64,000 nt of DNA from Thecamonas trahens ATCC 50062. Its lineage: Eukaryota > Protista > Apusomonadida. Every line of letters begins with the position of its first letter. The stretch's first letter is position 1. A model generated the notes under the pieces. It was not told where the DNA came from. It saw only the letters and a list, made by a program, of their open reading frames with translations, and did not search any database. This document shows, in pieces, positions 53,853 to 64,000 of this stretch. Both the position numbers and the translations under genes were made by a program. The stretch is from contig NW_013657666.1 of assembly GCF_000142905.1 (NCBI RefSeq), positions 320,631 through 384,630 of the forward strand, given 5' to 3'.

Positions 53853-54647
53853 GTCGGTGGTATGGACTGAGATAGAGGAAGAACCGAGCACCCTATAGGG
53901 GTACCGGTTGGTTGAGACACGCCTGAGGAGTCCTCGAGACGAGTCTGCCTCTATGACTTCCTCTTCCTCTCCCTCTTCCAGCCACACCTGCCCGGACGAC
54001 CCTTTGCCGCGTTCGCACGCGACATGACGCATGCGGGCGAATTGGACACAAGCGGGGGAGGGGGGGGGGGGGGGGATCGGCAAGATGCGGTGAGATCGAC
54101 GGGGTTGGAGGGCGTGGGTTAGAGGTTGGAACTACACAAGGGAATGGGTGGACGAGTGATGGGTGACGGTGGCTTGTGGTGTGTGATGGATGGTGGGGTC
54201 ACCCGATGTGTAGCGCCGGGTTGGTGCGGAGCTGCGTGGAGCGTAACGGGTGAAAGGGCAGTTTGGGACTTTTTGCGGTGGTTTGGGAGGGAAAGGGGGA
54301 GTGTATCAGTATCAGATTTGGGCCACGTGCAAGTATGAGAGGGTAATGAAGCTGTAGTTGTAGTGGATGTATGCTAGGAGGAGGTAGAAGATGAAAAAGG
54401 AAGACGATAGCGCGGCACATCAATGGAAGGTTGCAAAGATGCATTGCAAAGAGGATCAATGCATGATCAGTGCTCATGTCTTGCAGTACTCATCCACACA
54501 TCCAACAATCATCTGCACTATGCAATCGAGTCGTGTTACGTCCTTGCCATAGGCCCTGGTCACGTTTACCTGGACAGAGGCACATGCTGCACGCAAGGAG
54601 AGTAGCAGAAGAGCATGATCCATGCTCAACACGAGGGCGGGGTTAGT

Positions 54648-57470
54648 TTACCCGATGTCGATGGATGCGTTCGAGTCCGAGCCTGAGCTCCAATCTGACG
54701 GCAAAGAGTACGACGACGACGTTGACGAGGAGTTTGAGGATGAGTACGAGTGTGGGTGGTGGTGGTGGTGGTGGTGATCAGGACGGTCATCAAGCTGAGT
54801 CTGGGAGTAGTCAAGCGGCGAGTCTGAGGACCAAGAGTGCGAGCGACCTGTTGCAGTGATAAAGACAATACCAATGGTAAAGACCACGTCTGCGGCGTCC
54901 AAAGCAAGTTTGAGGCGGATAGGCGTCGCTTGCGGGTCACCAAGGAGGGAAGCGTCGGCGAGAGAGCTGTCGCTGATGCTTGCCGGATCGAGAGCCCAGA
55001 GCGAGATCGAGCCGGCGTCGACAACGGCGTCTGTACCGTCGGCACGGCGCTCCATGAGGGCAAGACGAAGGTCAAAGTCTGTGTGCGACATGGACTCGCC
55101 TCGGGGGTGCAGATCATCAAACTCGAAAAACGTCGCCCAGTGGCCGTCCTGAGTTGTGGATGGCGAGTCGGTCCACACTACCTGGTCGGCAACCGAAATC
55201 TCCAAGTACGGGTCGACAAGAAGGCCGGCCAACGCCAGCGGTCCACCGTCGGCGCCGATCAGCCGAGTCTCGCCGGACTGGACCGAGAGGATACCAAGGC
55301 GAATGCCAAGGCCCGAAAGTGGCGAGTGAAGCTCGAGCGGGAGGCCGTTATCTGGCTCTGACGGGTCGGACCATGAGTCGTCGCCCTCGTCGGACGGCTC
55401 GACGAAATTGATGACCGGCACTTTGGTGCTGGGCGCGACGCTGGCGTAGCTCTGGCTGTACACCGACTCTGAGCCGGAGAGCTCGGACACGTCCCGGCCG
55501 TGGCGGTTGTGCAGGGTCTCGATCGTCGATGATGTGATGATGACGTTTGGGATTGCGACGGCAAGGCCAAGGTTGGCCGTGGACGAGTCGAGCGATTGTG
55601 GCTCGGTGCTTGACGACCACACGTCGTCGGCGCGGAGAATGGACGGGATGTTGTTGGAGCCATTAGACCAGTTAAGATCGTTACTCTGGCCCAAGTGTCT
55701 CGGCGGTATGTCGTCTGACGACTCGAGTTCCGAGTCGTCAAGGTCCTCTCCCCAGTCCGAGTCGAGGTCATCGAGGCGGAGGTTTGACTCGGGAGCGTCC
55801 TCGATATCACGGGCCGTGGCTGGGCGTGAAAGCGATATGGAGCCGAGAGCCTCGCGGGCGTGTTTTCGAAGCATATCCGCAGAATCGTCGAGAGCGTTAA
55901 CCCCATTTTCACCGTCGGGCCCGGCGTCGAGCGAGGCGGCGATGTTCGACAAGTTCCACTGGCAGACAAGCAAGTCGACACCACCAGAGAGGAGAAGCGA
56001 CGACGACTGGAGAACCGCAGAGCCTACGGTGTCGTCGGTAGCAAGAGTTGGGATTGTTTCGATAACGGCTAGGTCGTGAATCGTCCCAATGTGACCGTGG
56101 AGCGAGCGGATGCGGTCGCCGGTCTCGGCCGAGTACGCGCGGATAACGGTGTCCGAGCCGGCGGTATAGATAGTCGAGTCTGTGGCTTGCGTGGCAAAGA
56201 TCGGGCCGCGGGCATCCGTGAGTGAGAAGAGCGGAGCGTCCTGGCCGAGAACGTAGACGTTGGCTGCGCCGTCGTTGCCGCCGGAGAGGAGTAGGTGGCC
56301 ATTGGCGGAGAAAGCACAGGTGTTGGCATAGCCGCGGTGGTCAGAAAAGGTCTGGACGCAGAGCCCGTTCTCGACATCCCAAAGCTTGATGGTTTGGTCG
56401 TCTGAAGCCGTCATTAACAGCGCCAGCGACGCGGGGTGGTAGCAGCATGAGTACACGTTGAGGTCGTGGGCCTCGATGGACTGGAGCAGCTTGGTCGTCT
56501 CAATGTCGTAGACGTAGACATAGCGGAGCGACGAGACGATGAGATGTTCACCAGAGAGCGAGATGTCACAGGCGTAGCCAGGCCCACGCAGCGGAAGCGA
56601 CGCAGTGCGACTCGCTTTGTTCCACAGCTGGACGGTGTTGTCCATGCCGACCGAGGCGAGGACAAGACCGTCGGGATGCCAGGCAATGCCGCGGATGGCG
56701 CCGCTATGGGCTGCCATCTCGTACTCAGCCTGCGGGTACTGACCAAGCTCTGAAGTGAGCGAGAAACACTTGATCATGCCGTCGTAGCCGGCGGTGGCGT
56801 AGCGGCCAGAGAAGAACGGGTTGGCGCGGATGGAAGAGACCCGCTTGGTGTGGGCCTGGACAGACGCCTTGCGGAGGAGGAGGCCCGACGGCAGCTGACC
56901 AAACGGCAGCCGCTGAAGCTCGTATGTCCGCAGGCGCGGCAGGTCTGTGACCGGCACCGCCGACTTGGCCACCGTCAGCACGTCCTTCAACGATGAGCCC
57001 GACGCGTTTGCAGAGGTTCGGGAAGCGTTGGACGAGTCGACCGGATCGGCTTCAGCAGCTACACCGGGCGGAATGTGGGGTGACCTTGGTGAAAACGAGC
57101 GAGCTGGGATCTTCTGCGAGCCAGCTACACCACTCGGGCTTCCGCCTCCACTCGAGATCGAGTTAATCGAGTCGATGCGGCCGGCCAGTGGCGCGGTAGC
57201 CGACGTCCTCGTCTTCGCCAAACGAGAGCCTGAGCCACGAAGTTCGCCGATACTTGTTGCCGAGGGAGAAGAGACGTTGATCGCTGGTGGGAGGAAGGAG
57301 ACCAGCGAGTGGCCATCCGAGTCTGACTCTTCCGCATCAGAGCAGGCATCAAACGAGTCGTTGAGTGAGGTGCCCACGTTGAACCGGAGCAGGCCATGAG
57401 GGAGCGAGTCCGGTGGTGGGGATGAGGATGGGCCACCGCTATTCACCCGGTGCCCAGCAGTGGCGGCCAT
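54648..57470 (-). CDS. WD40-repeat protein with a C-terminal C2-like domain
   Basis: About seven WD repeats (AHSGAIRGIAWHPDG, TASDDQTIKLWD). C-terminal DPYLEISV..VWT..W..FEF resembles a C2 domain. Confidence 0.85.
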   Translation of the reverse strand: MAATAGHRVNSGGPSSSPPPDSLPHGLLRFNVGTSLNDSFDACSDAEESDSDGHSLVSFLPPAINVSSPSATSIGELRGSGSRLAKTRTSATAPLAGRIDSINSISSGGGSPSGVAGSQKIPARSFSPRSPHIPPGVAAEADPVDSSNASRTSANASGSSLKDVLTVAKSAVPVTDLPRLRTYELQRLPFGQLPSGLLLRKASVQAHTKRVSSIRANPFFSGRYATAGYDGMIKCFSLTSELGQYPQAEYEMAAHSGAIRGIAWHPDGLVLASVGMDNTVQLWNKASRTASLPLRGPGYACDISLSGEHLIVSSLRYVYVYDIETTKLLQSIEAHDLNVYSCCYHPASLALLMTASDDQTIKLWDVENGLCVQTFSDHRGYANTCAFSANGHLLLSGGNDGAANVYVLGQDAPLFSLTDARGPIFATQATDSTIYTAGSDTVIRAYSAETGDRIRSLHGHIGTIHDLAVIETIPTLATDDTVGSAVLQSSSLLLSGGVDLLVCQWNLSNIAASLDAGPDGENGVNALDDSADMLRKHAREALGSISLSRPATARDIEDAPESNLRLDDLDSDWGEDLDDSELESSDDIPPRHLGQSNDLNWSNGSNNIPSILRADDVWSSSTEPQSLDSSTANLGLAVAIPNVIITSSTIETLHNRHGRDVSELSGSESVYSQSYASVAPSTKVPVINFVEPSDEGDDSWSDPSEPDNGLPLELHSPLSGLGIRLGILSVQSGETRLIGADGGPLALAGLLVDPYLEISVADQVVWTDSPSTTQDGHWATFFEFDDLHPRGESMSHTDFDLRLALMERRADGTDAVVDAGSISLWALDPASISDSSLADASLLGDPQATPIRLKLALDAADVVFTIGIVFITATGRSHSWSSDSPLDYSQTQLDDRPDHHHHHHHPHSYSSSNSSSTSSSYSLPSDWSSGSDSNASIDIG

Positions 57471-57726
57471 GTGGAGATGTGGCTGCGAGGAGGGAGGGAG
57501 GGGGGGGGAGTGGAGGAGTGGAGTGGTGTGTGTGTGTGTGCGTGTGTGTGTGGTGGCGTGTGGTGTGTGTTGTTGGCGCGCGGGCGCGGGCCCGGGCATG
57601 CGACAATGGCAGGAGATCGATAGGGGTAGAGGTTGGGGAGATAATTGCGGGCATTGATGCGGTGTGATGGGGTAGTGCCAATTGTGGTGCCGTGTTGTAG
57701 CGTAGATTGTGGATAGGTAGTCAATG

Positions 57727-58867
57727 TTAACTAGGGGAGGAGCTCGCTGACGGCGAGTAGTTGTCGCTGGTCGGATCGGCCGAGGAGGCAGCGGACGACG
57801 GCTGCAGCGGGAGTGAGAGCGAAGCGGCAGATGCAGGCGGGGAAGGAAGGCGAGGAAGCTTGCGAGTCATCCATTCCAGTTGGACATACTCGACAGAGCC
57901 GGCGACGTCGACGACTGCCAGGACCGAGATCTTGCGCGCGAAAGTGGAGACTCGGGCGGCAGCGGCCAACTCGGGCCCCATGACGTTGGTGCCGGCGGCA
58001 ACGACTCGAACAAGATAGCAAGAGTGAACAGAGCCGATATCCCCAGCATAGATGGAAAAGTCAGCTCCAAACTTGATACCGTCGATGAGAGTGTAGCCCT
58101 TGCGGCGCAGATCCTCGTAGGCCAAGACCCGGCGGGCCTCGTGTGGTGTCATCGTAGGCCACCAGTCGGAGACGCTCACAATCTGCGCTACCATGCCACG
58201 CCTGTCACCGCGAAGGTGCGGGACAGTCACCCGGACTGATGAATAAGGCTCGCTGGCCAGCAGAGTCTTCCGGCGGGCGCTCATGGCCTTGCGCGCCTCG
58301 ATCCAGGCCTTGCGCGGCTCTGGATTACTCGGAATGGGACCTACTTGTGCCGCATCGGTATCAAGCTGCTTCTCGAGCATGGTCTTGAGGATTGAGCCGT
58401 TTGCCAAGCTCTGCATAAAGGCAGCCTCGTCATCAAGCTCGAGCGTGTCATGATCACGGCGACGATGAGCAAGACCAAGGGTAGACAAGGGCACGGCCTG
58501 TTTCAAAACCATGATCCCCTCATTGGCCGCCCATCGCGCATCCTCTTTTAGTAGATGCAAAGGCAGCAACGACTCTACAGCCGCCGTCTCGTGCTTGACT
58601 CCGTTCTCGTCTTCAGCGCCACGGACATCACCATACACGCCATGACTCTTGAGGATAGCCACACCTATGAGGAAGACAGTGAGTCCAGCACACAATAGCG
58701 ATGTACGACCAAGTACAGGCATAACACCCTCTCGCCCATCTACCTTCTCTCTGGCTGGCAGGTAACCTGCGTTACGTACTGGCAGCGTCCCACACCATGA
58801 CCGACTTGCCCACAACCCAGCCCACAGCCACCTTGTTGGCCATCATCTCATCATCATCATCAGCCAT
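57727..58867 (-). CDS. TSEN34: tRNA-splicing endonuclease catalytic subunit SEN34; exons 58867-58780 and 58664-57727
   Basis: YEDLRRKGY..GIKFGADFSIYAGD...HS and R...RK supply the Y/H/K triad. The N-terminal VWDA...LPLHLLKE is SEN34-like. A GTACGT..TAG intron keeps the frame. Confidence 0.85.
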
Positions 58868-58874
58868 AGCACGC

Positions 58875-59393
<519 letters not shown>

Positions 59394-59489
59394 AGGGGGG
59401 GGGGGGGGTGGGGGGCAGGAGCAGGAGGCAGCGCCTGACGTCAGGGTATACTCCTCTCCACAGCTCCTCAGAGGAGGAGAAGGAGGGAC

Positions 59490-60707
59490 ATGCGTGACAA
59501 GATGGACAAGATGGACAAGATGGACAAGATGGACAAGATGGACAAGATGGACATGCGTGACAAGATGGACAAGATGGACAAGATGGACAAGATGGACAAG
59601 ATGGACAAGATGGACAAGATGGACAAGATGGACAAGATGGTGGTGCTTGTTACCCGTGGTGCAGCGAATGTGTTGGAGCCTGGGTGTGTAGCTGCCGACA
59701 TAGACGTCCCTCTGGGTGTCCCTGGCGCGGGGCCTGCCCGCCTCAAGAGAGCCAACTCCCTCGTCCGGCTGCCTGTGCATGGGGCCGGCAAGGGCAAGGT
59801 GGACAAGGGGGGCAAGGTGGACAAGGGGGGCAAGGTGGACAAGGGGGGCAAGGCGGGCAAGGCGGGCAAGGCGGGCAAGGCGGGCAAGGTGGGCAAGACG
59901 GGCAAGGCGGGGAAGAAGACGGCGGGTGTTGGGAATACGTCCGCTTCTCATGTTTCCAGCAAGAAGAAGAGTTTGGCTGGACAGGGATCAAGGTTTGGGA
60001 AGAGTGCAGCCAAGGGCAACGGGACGGGCAAGCAGATCGAGGCCAAGGTCGAGGTCGAGGCTGAGGTCGTGGTCGAGGCCGAGGCTGAGGTGGAAGCAAG
60101 CACAGGCCCTGGTGCTGCAAAGCTTGGTGAGACCATTGGCCAAGCTAAGAGCAAGGGCAAGAGCAAGGGCAAGAGCAAGGGCAAGAGCAAGGGAAAGGGC
60201 AAGGGCAAGAGCAAGGGAAAGGGCAAGGGAAAGGGCAAGAGCAATAAGCTGCTAGCAACAGCACAAGGAGGGGAATCACTTGCTGGGATGCCTCGCGAGG
60301 CGGCAGTGCTGGCGACGTCAGCAGGGGAAGGAGTGACGATGACGACGGGGACGCAGACGCTGCGACTGCGACCCGTGCGACAGCCATGGGGCGTGCGATA
60401 CATGCCAATGGCTTTGGGCCCCGAGGTCGAGCCGACGCTGAGCCGGCGCGAACTGGACGAGATTCAGAAACTTGTGGAGGAGTGCGAGCCGAGACAGACG
60501 ACACTCCTTGTGGCGGCCATGCTCCGTCATCCTTTGAGTCGAAAGGCGCTCGCGTGTCCGACGCTCAGCCTCCATGAGCCGGTCTCTACTGCTGATTTGG
60601 TCCTTCTCCGCGAGAACCTACGGCTGCGGGCGGCGGATCAGAGGCGGCGCAAGCGGACGGCGTCACGGGCCGAGATCTCGCACTCGTCGCCGCCTAAGAA
60701 GGCGTGA
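59490..60707 (+). CDS. Lys/Gly-rich low-complexity protein with a short helical C-terminal domain
   Basis: The ORF stays open through (MDK)n, (GKA)n and (SKGK)n repeats, all with periods that are multiples of 3, and ends in a non-repetitive segment. The true start is uncertain. Confidence 0.5.
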   Translation: MRDKMDKMDKMDKMDKMDKMDMRDKMDKMDKMDKMDKMDKMDKMDKMDKMVVLVTRGAANVLEPGCVAADIDVPLGVPGAGPARLKRANSLVRLPVHGAGKGKVDKGGKVDKGGKVDKGGKAGKAGKAGKAGKVGKTGKAGKKTAGVGNTSASHVSSKKKSLAGQGSRFGKSAAKGNGTGKQIEAKVEVEAEVVVEAEAEVEASTGPGAAKLGETIGQAKSKGKSKGKSKGKSKGKGKGKSKGKGKGKGKSNKLLATAQGGESLAGMPREAAVLATSAGEGVTMTTGTQTLRLRPVRQPWGVRYMPMALGPEVEPTLSRRELDEIQKLVEECEPRQTTLLVAAMLRHPLSRKALACPTLSLHEPVSTADLVLLRENLRLRAADQRRRKRTASRAEISHSSPPKKA

Positions 60708-60967
60708 AGCTGCAGAGTGGCCATGGGGCGTTTCAGGCGACGTTTCCATTGGGAGCGCTGGCGCCGCTGGTCTCTCTGCGGCAAGAGGTAGAGACGGCGT
60801 GCAGCCTATCGCGGGCGTCGGACGCGGCGCTGAGAGCGTCAACGGAGGGCATTGTCTCGGCGGTGACCGAGCTTGATGCCGAGGTGCGGGCGATTGCAAT
60901 GTCTATGTCGTAGGCGGCACAGGGCGACACAAGACGTGTTTGCATTTAACACGTGGCGCGGCAGCAG

Positions 60968-62365
60968 CTATGAGTGCTTGCCGAGCTCAAGCTTCTTGGA
61001 GAGCGAACGCATGCCGTTGTAGATAAAGGCGTCGACAAGGCCTGCAACGGTAAAGACACCACCGACGATGGCACAGACGCCGACCAGAAAGTGGGCAAAC
61101 GACTTGGTGTCCTCGGCGAGGCGGACCACCATAGGCGAGACGTCGTACATGAAGAAGACGCCGGGGAGGCCGTGGATGTTGCGGCCGAGGCCGAGGACTT
61201 TCTGGTGCTCGGTGACCGAGAACTGGTTGGTGGAGATGACCAGGCCGTCAGCGCGGGTGTAGGTGGTGGGGACAATCTTGAGAAAATACTGGTACATGGC
61301 CGAGACAGCCTTCTCGTTGGACTGGACAGCACCGTCGAGCGGGTTGCGGATGCCCGGGTACGGCTTGCCGAACGAGAGCTGCTCGATGGTGTGCGAGAGG
61401 TTCCAAAAGTTCTTGTGGAACGGCTGCAGGTCGTGGACATGCATATGCTGCTGCTGGAACGACTTGCCAGGCGCAATGTGGAAGTTGCCGGCCACCTTGT
61501 TGACAATCAGATGCCCAGAGACGGAGCAGCCCTCCTTTGCCTGGGCCTTGAGCTGGTCGGCCCAGCCCTCACGCACGCACTGCACAATGCCGTCGTGGTG
61601 CTGGAAAGCCCATCCCTTGAGGCGGTATGCCTCGCGGACCTCGGCACAGGTGTTACAGCACTGGCCCGGGCGCGACTCCGCGCCGTAGCACGACTCGCAG
61701 CGGGACGGATCCAGCTCGGACGCTCCCTTGGCCTTGGCGGCAGCATCAGCAGCCTCTTCGGGACTCAGCCCGGGCTTGTTCCGAGCCAGATCGTCCTTCT
61801 CAAAGCCCGAAATGGCGTTACCCTCGAGATCCAACCGTTTCTTGAAATGGTGTGATCTAGATCCAGCTGCAGCTCACCCGAAATGTCCATAGCATCCAGC
61901 GAGAGATCTATGTCGAGCCGTACGCCATTGGACCGAGCCGTCATACCGTACGTCGATGTGGTACGTGTTGGTGGGAGTGGTGAAGCGGAGTCGGTGCAGC
62001 AAGGCGGATACGGATATTGTTGCTGTGAGTTGACCGAGTGGACGAGGGAGAGGGAGAGGGAGAGGGAGGGGGGGGGTATGGGGACAGTTGACAGGTGCGG
62101 GAGAGAAGAAGGAAGGACACGTACATGAGCAAGGGAGGGCATGGAAGGTGATGTCGAGGTTGATACGGAGCTTCTCCCCAAAGGACGAGTCAACATATAG
62201 CTCTGCCCGTGTCTCGCCATGGAGGTAGAGGGCGAACTCGGAGACGAGGAGGAAGAAGATGAAGGAGCCTGCAATGACGGTGACGAGACCTCCAGAGAGT
62301 GTCTTGACGCGAAAGTCCTCAAGCGTCTTGGGGTACGCATCAAAGGTCTTGAGTGCGTTGAACAT
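60968..62365 (-). CDS. ERGIC3: ERGIC3/Erv46; exons 62365-62125 and 61907-60968, frameshift at 61845-61847
   Basis: FDAYPKTLEDFRVKTLSGG, CSYLSLDAMDISGE, CESCYGA..CCNTC, NKVAGNFHIAPG, LPGVFFMYDVSP and CAIVGGVFTVAG. C-terminal ELGKHS. Confidence 0.95.
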
Positions 62366-63020
62366 GGCCCTCCTCAATCCCTATCCTCTGGTTGGGGTGG
62401 TGTGGTGCGAGAGAGAGCTGTTGCCCGTATCCAGCCGGCGCCCGACCAGCAAGTCGCCGATGGTGGCCGGTGGCCGGTGACTGGTGGCGGTCAGCTGAAG
62501 GATGTGACGGAGTGGGAGTGAGGATGGTAGGGTGATCGGGGTGATCGGGGTGAATAGGGTGATCGAGATCTGTGCGAGTGGAGGGGGAGAGGGGATGGGC
62601 GAGTGGTGAATGGCGGCGGGAGGCTGCTGTCAGCCGGCGTGTGGGTGTGTGTCTGGTGGGGGGGGGGGTGAGGTGATCGGGGTGATCGGGGTGATTAGGG
62701 TGATCGAGGTCTGTGCGAGTGGAGGGGGAGAGAGGATGGGCAAGTGGTGGGCTAGTGGTGGACAGCGGTTGGTTGCCGGGTGGGTGGGCTTTGGCGCTGG
62801 CTCCGGCACTGGCGCTGGCTCGATTGGCTGGTGTGAGTGGGTGGTGTAGTCGGGGCGTGACGGTGGCAGTGGCTGCGCGCCACCTGACTCTGGGCGACCT
62901 TCCATTCCATGCCTGCGGGGGTATACGCTGTGACGTGTACGAAGTGCGGGAATAAGTAGAGGATGTGAAGGAGGTGCATACGAGGGGCGTGACTCATGGT
63001 GCAGGTGTGTGTGGGGGAAA

Positions 63021-63707
63021 ATGCCCATAGGCAAGTGCGGTGCTCTGTACGCCTCACCCGACACGCCCATGGCGTGCATCAGTTGCGGACAGGCGCGCAA
63101 GTCATACTCTGGCATGTCATCGACTGTGTATGCTGTGCTGGATGCGATGGCAAGTGATGATGGAGGCGTTGTCGATGCTGATGTGGTGTTGGATACTGCT
63201 GTGCTTGTCGATGTCGCCGAACTGTGGTCGCAAGGAAGAGTGGCCAGCGAGGCAAAGGCTCTTGCTGCTCGTGTTTGGTCCATGCTGGATGACCTCGTGA
63301 TGTCGACTGCGCCTGAAAAGCCTGCTTCATCGACGCCTGCTGAAGCTACCAGCCAGACTAGCGCAGGGGCAGGCGTAGAGGCAGGCGCAGAGGCTGGTGT
63401 TGAGCCTGCGAATGCAGGCAGCGAGCCCGAGACAGCAGGCGGTGGAGATGATGGAGCTGGGGACGAGCTACGGGCGTCGCTGGCAGCCATGGGGTACAGT
63501 GCAGCAGAAATTGCTTTTGCCATGGGCAAGGGCGCGCAGAATGTACGCCAGGCGATCTCGTTTCTCGACGAGCTTGCCACGCCAGCCACCATTGACATGA
63601 CCCAGCTTCGCAGCATGGGCTTTGAAGAATCCTCGATCAACGACGCCATCGCAGCATGCGGCAATGACCAGTCCGCCGTCATGGAGTGGTTGCTCGCACG
63701 TATGTAG
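63021..63707 (+). CDS. Protein with two C-terminal UBA-like domains and a probable N-terminal zinc ribbon; 5' exons unresolved
   Basis: LAAMGYS..NVRQAISFL and LRSMGFEE..AIAACGND..AVMEWLL. A possible intron at about 62922-63030 would give ACGGKCG...CISCG. Confidence 0.7.
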   Translation: MPIGKCGALYASPDTPMACISCGQARKSYSGMSSTVYAVLDAMASDDGGVVDADVVLDTAVLVDVAELWSQGRVASEAKALAARVWSMLDDLVMSTAPEKPASSTPAEATSQTSAGAGVEAGAEAGVEPANAGSEPETAGGGDDGAGDELRASLAAMGYSAAEIAFAMGKGAQNVRQAISFLDELATPATIDMTQLRSMGFEESSINDAIAACGNDQSAVMEWLLARM

Positions 63708-64000
63708 CTATGCCAGACTGCCCTCTTCCGGTTGCTCCTCGCAGCTCGAGCTGCGGCAAAGTCTTCCCCTTTTGGGGTAGGTAGCAGATAGCCTCAACCC
63801 GACCCGATTCGTATGCTCGAACTGCGCAATCCATTACAAGCCCGCGCCTCACCTCTATCACTGCAATCTACTGTTAGTATCTGTTGTATATGGCTTTGTC
63901 CAAAGTACCAGACTGGTGAGGGCTAGAGCCATCGGGTGTGAGCGGCGGGCGACGGTCGAGAGTGTGTCAAGCACGCCTGTGCGCCTGTGCGACGGACACT

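Noticed and set aside
60700-60800. Selenocysteine read-through at the TGA ending at 60707
   Set aside because: There is no redox motif, the in-frame continuation is short and no SECIS element was recognised.
62532-62750. Approximately 75-bp direct repeat as a possible LTR or mobile element end
   Set aside because: It is a low-complexity G-rich local duplication. No target-site duplications, terminal repeats or transposase/RT motifs were seen in the window.
63740-63930. Small hairpins after the UBA gene (CGCAGCTCGAGCTGCG; CCCC-TTTT-GGGG)
   Set aside because: Short GC-rich palindromes are expected by chance, and no RNA family signature is present.

Overview
This is a GC-rich, gene-dense eukaryotic nuclear window with few introns, from a flagellated protist. 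Its composition, G/C-run introns and gene content resemble an apusomonad such as Thecamonas, which is an inference. It contains five N-gaps. About 24 protein genes can be supported: an axonemal dynein heavy chain (DNAH2-like, running off the left edge), a divergent P-loop GTPase, MOB1, synergin-gamma, an HPAT/SERGT-type glycosyltransferase, cornichon, a PSTAIRE CDK, TMEM17, KNL2/M18BP1, COQ6, a mitochondrial CnoX/YbbN-like protein, an ARMT1-F-box-ankyrin fusion, histone H2A, a LIM-PH-chromodomain-AGC kinase, a tandem-repeat protein, an NF-X1/AN1 zinc-finger protein, TAPT1, eIF3d, a FERM protein, a membrane metallophosphoesterase, a WD40 protein, SEN34, ERGIC3 and a UBA protein. Non-coding signals include an expanded SNORD12/snR190-like box C/D snoRNA in an eIF3d intron, a variant histone 3' stem-loop, a 38-bp palindromic minisatellite and a 536-bp promoter duplication. 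Seven genes each lack one base in a short homopolymer, and the dynein carries an 83-bp copy of a downstream segment in place of native sequence; both are most likely assembly artefacts. All family assignments come from motif recognition by eye; no searches were run.
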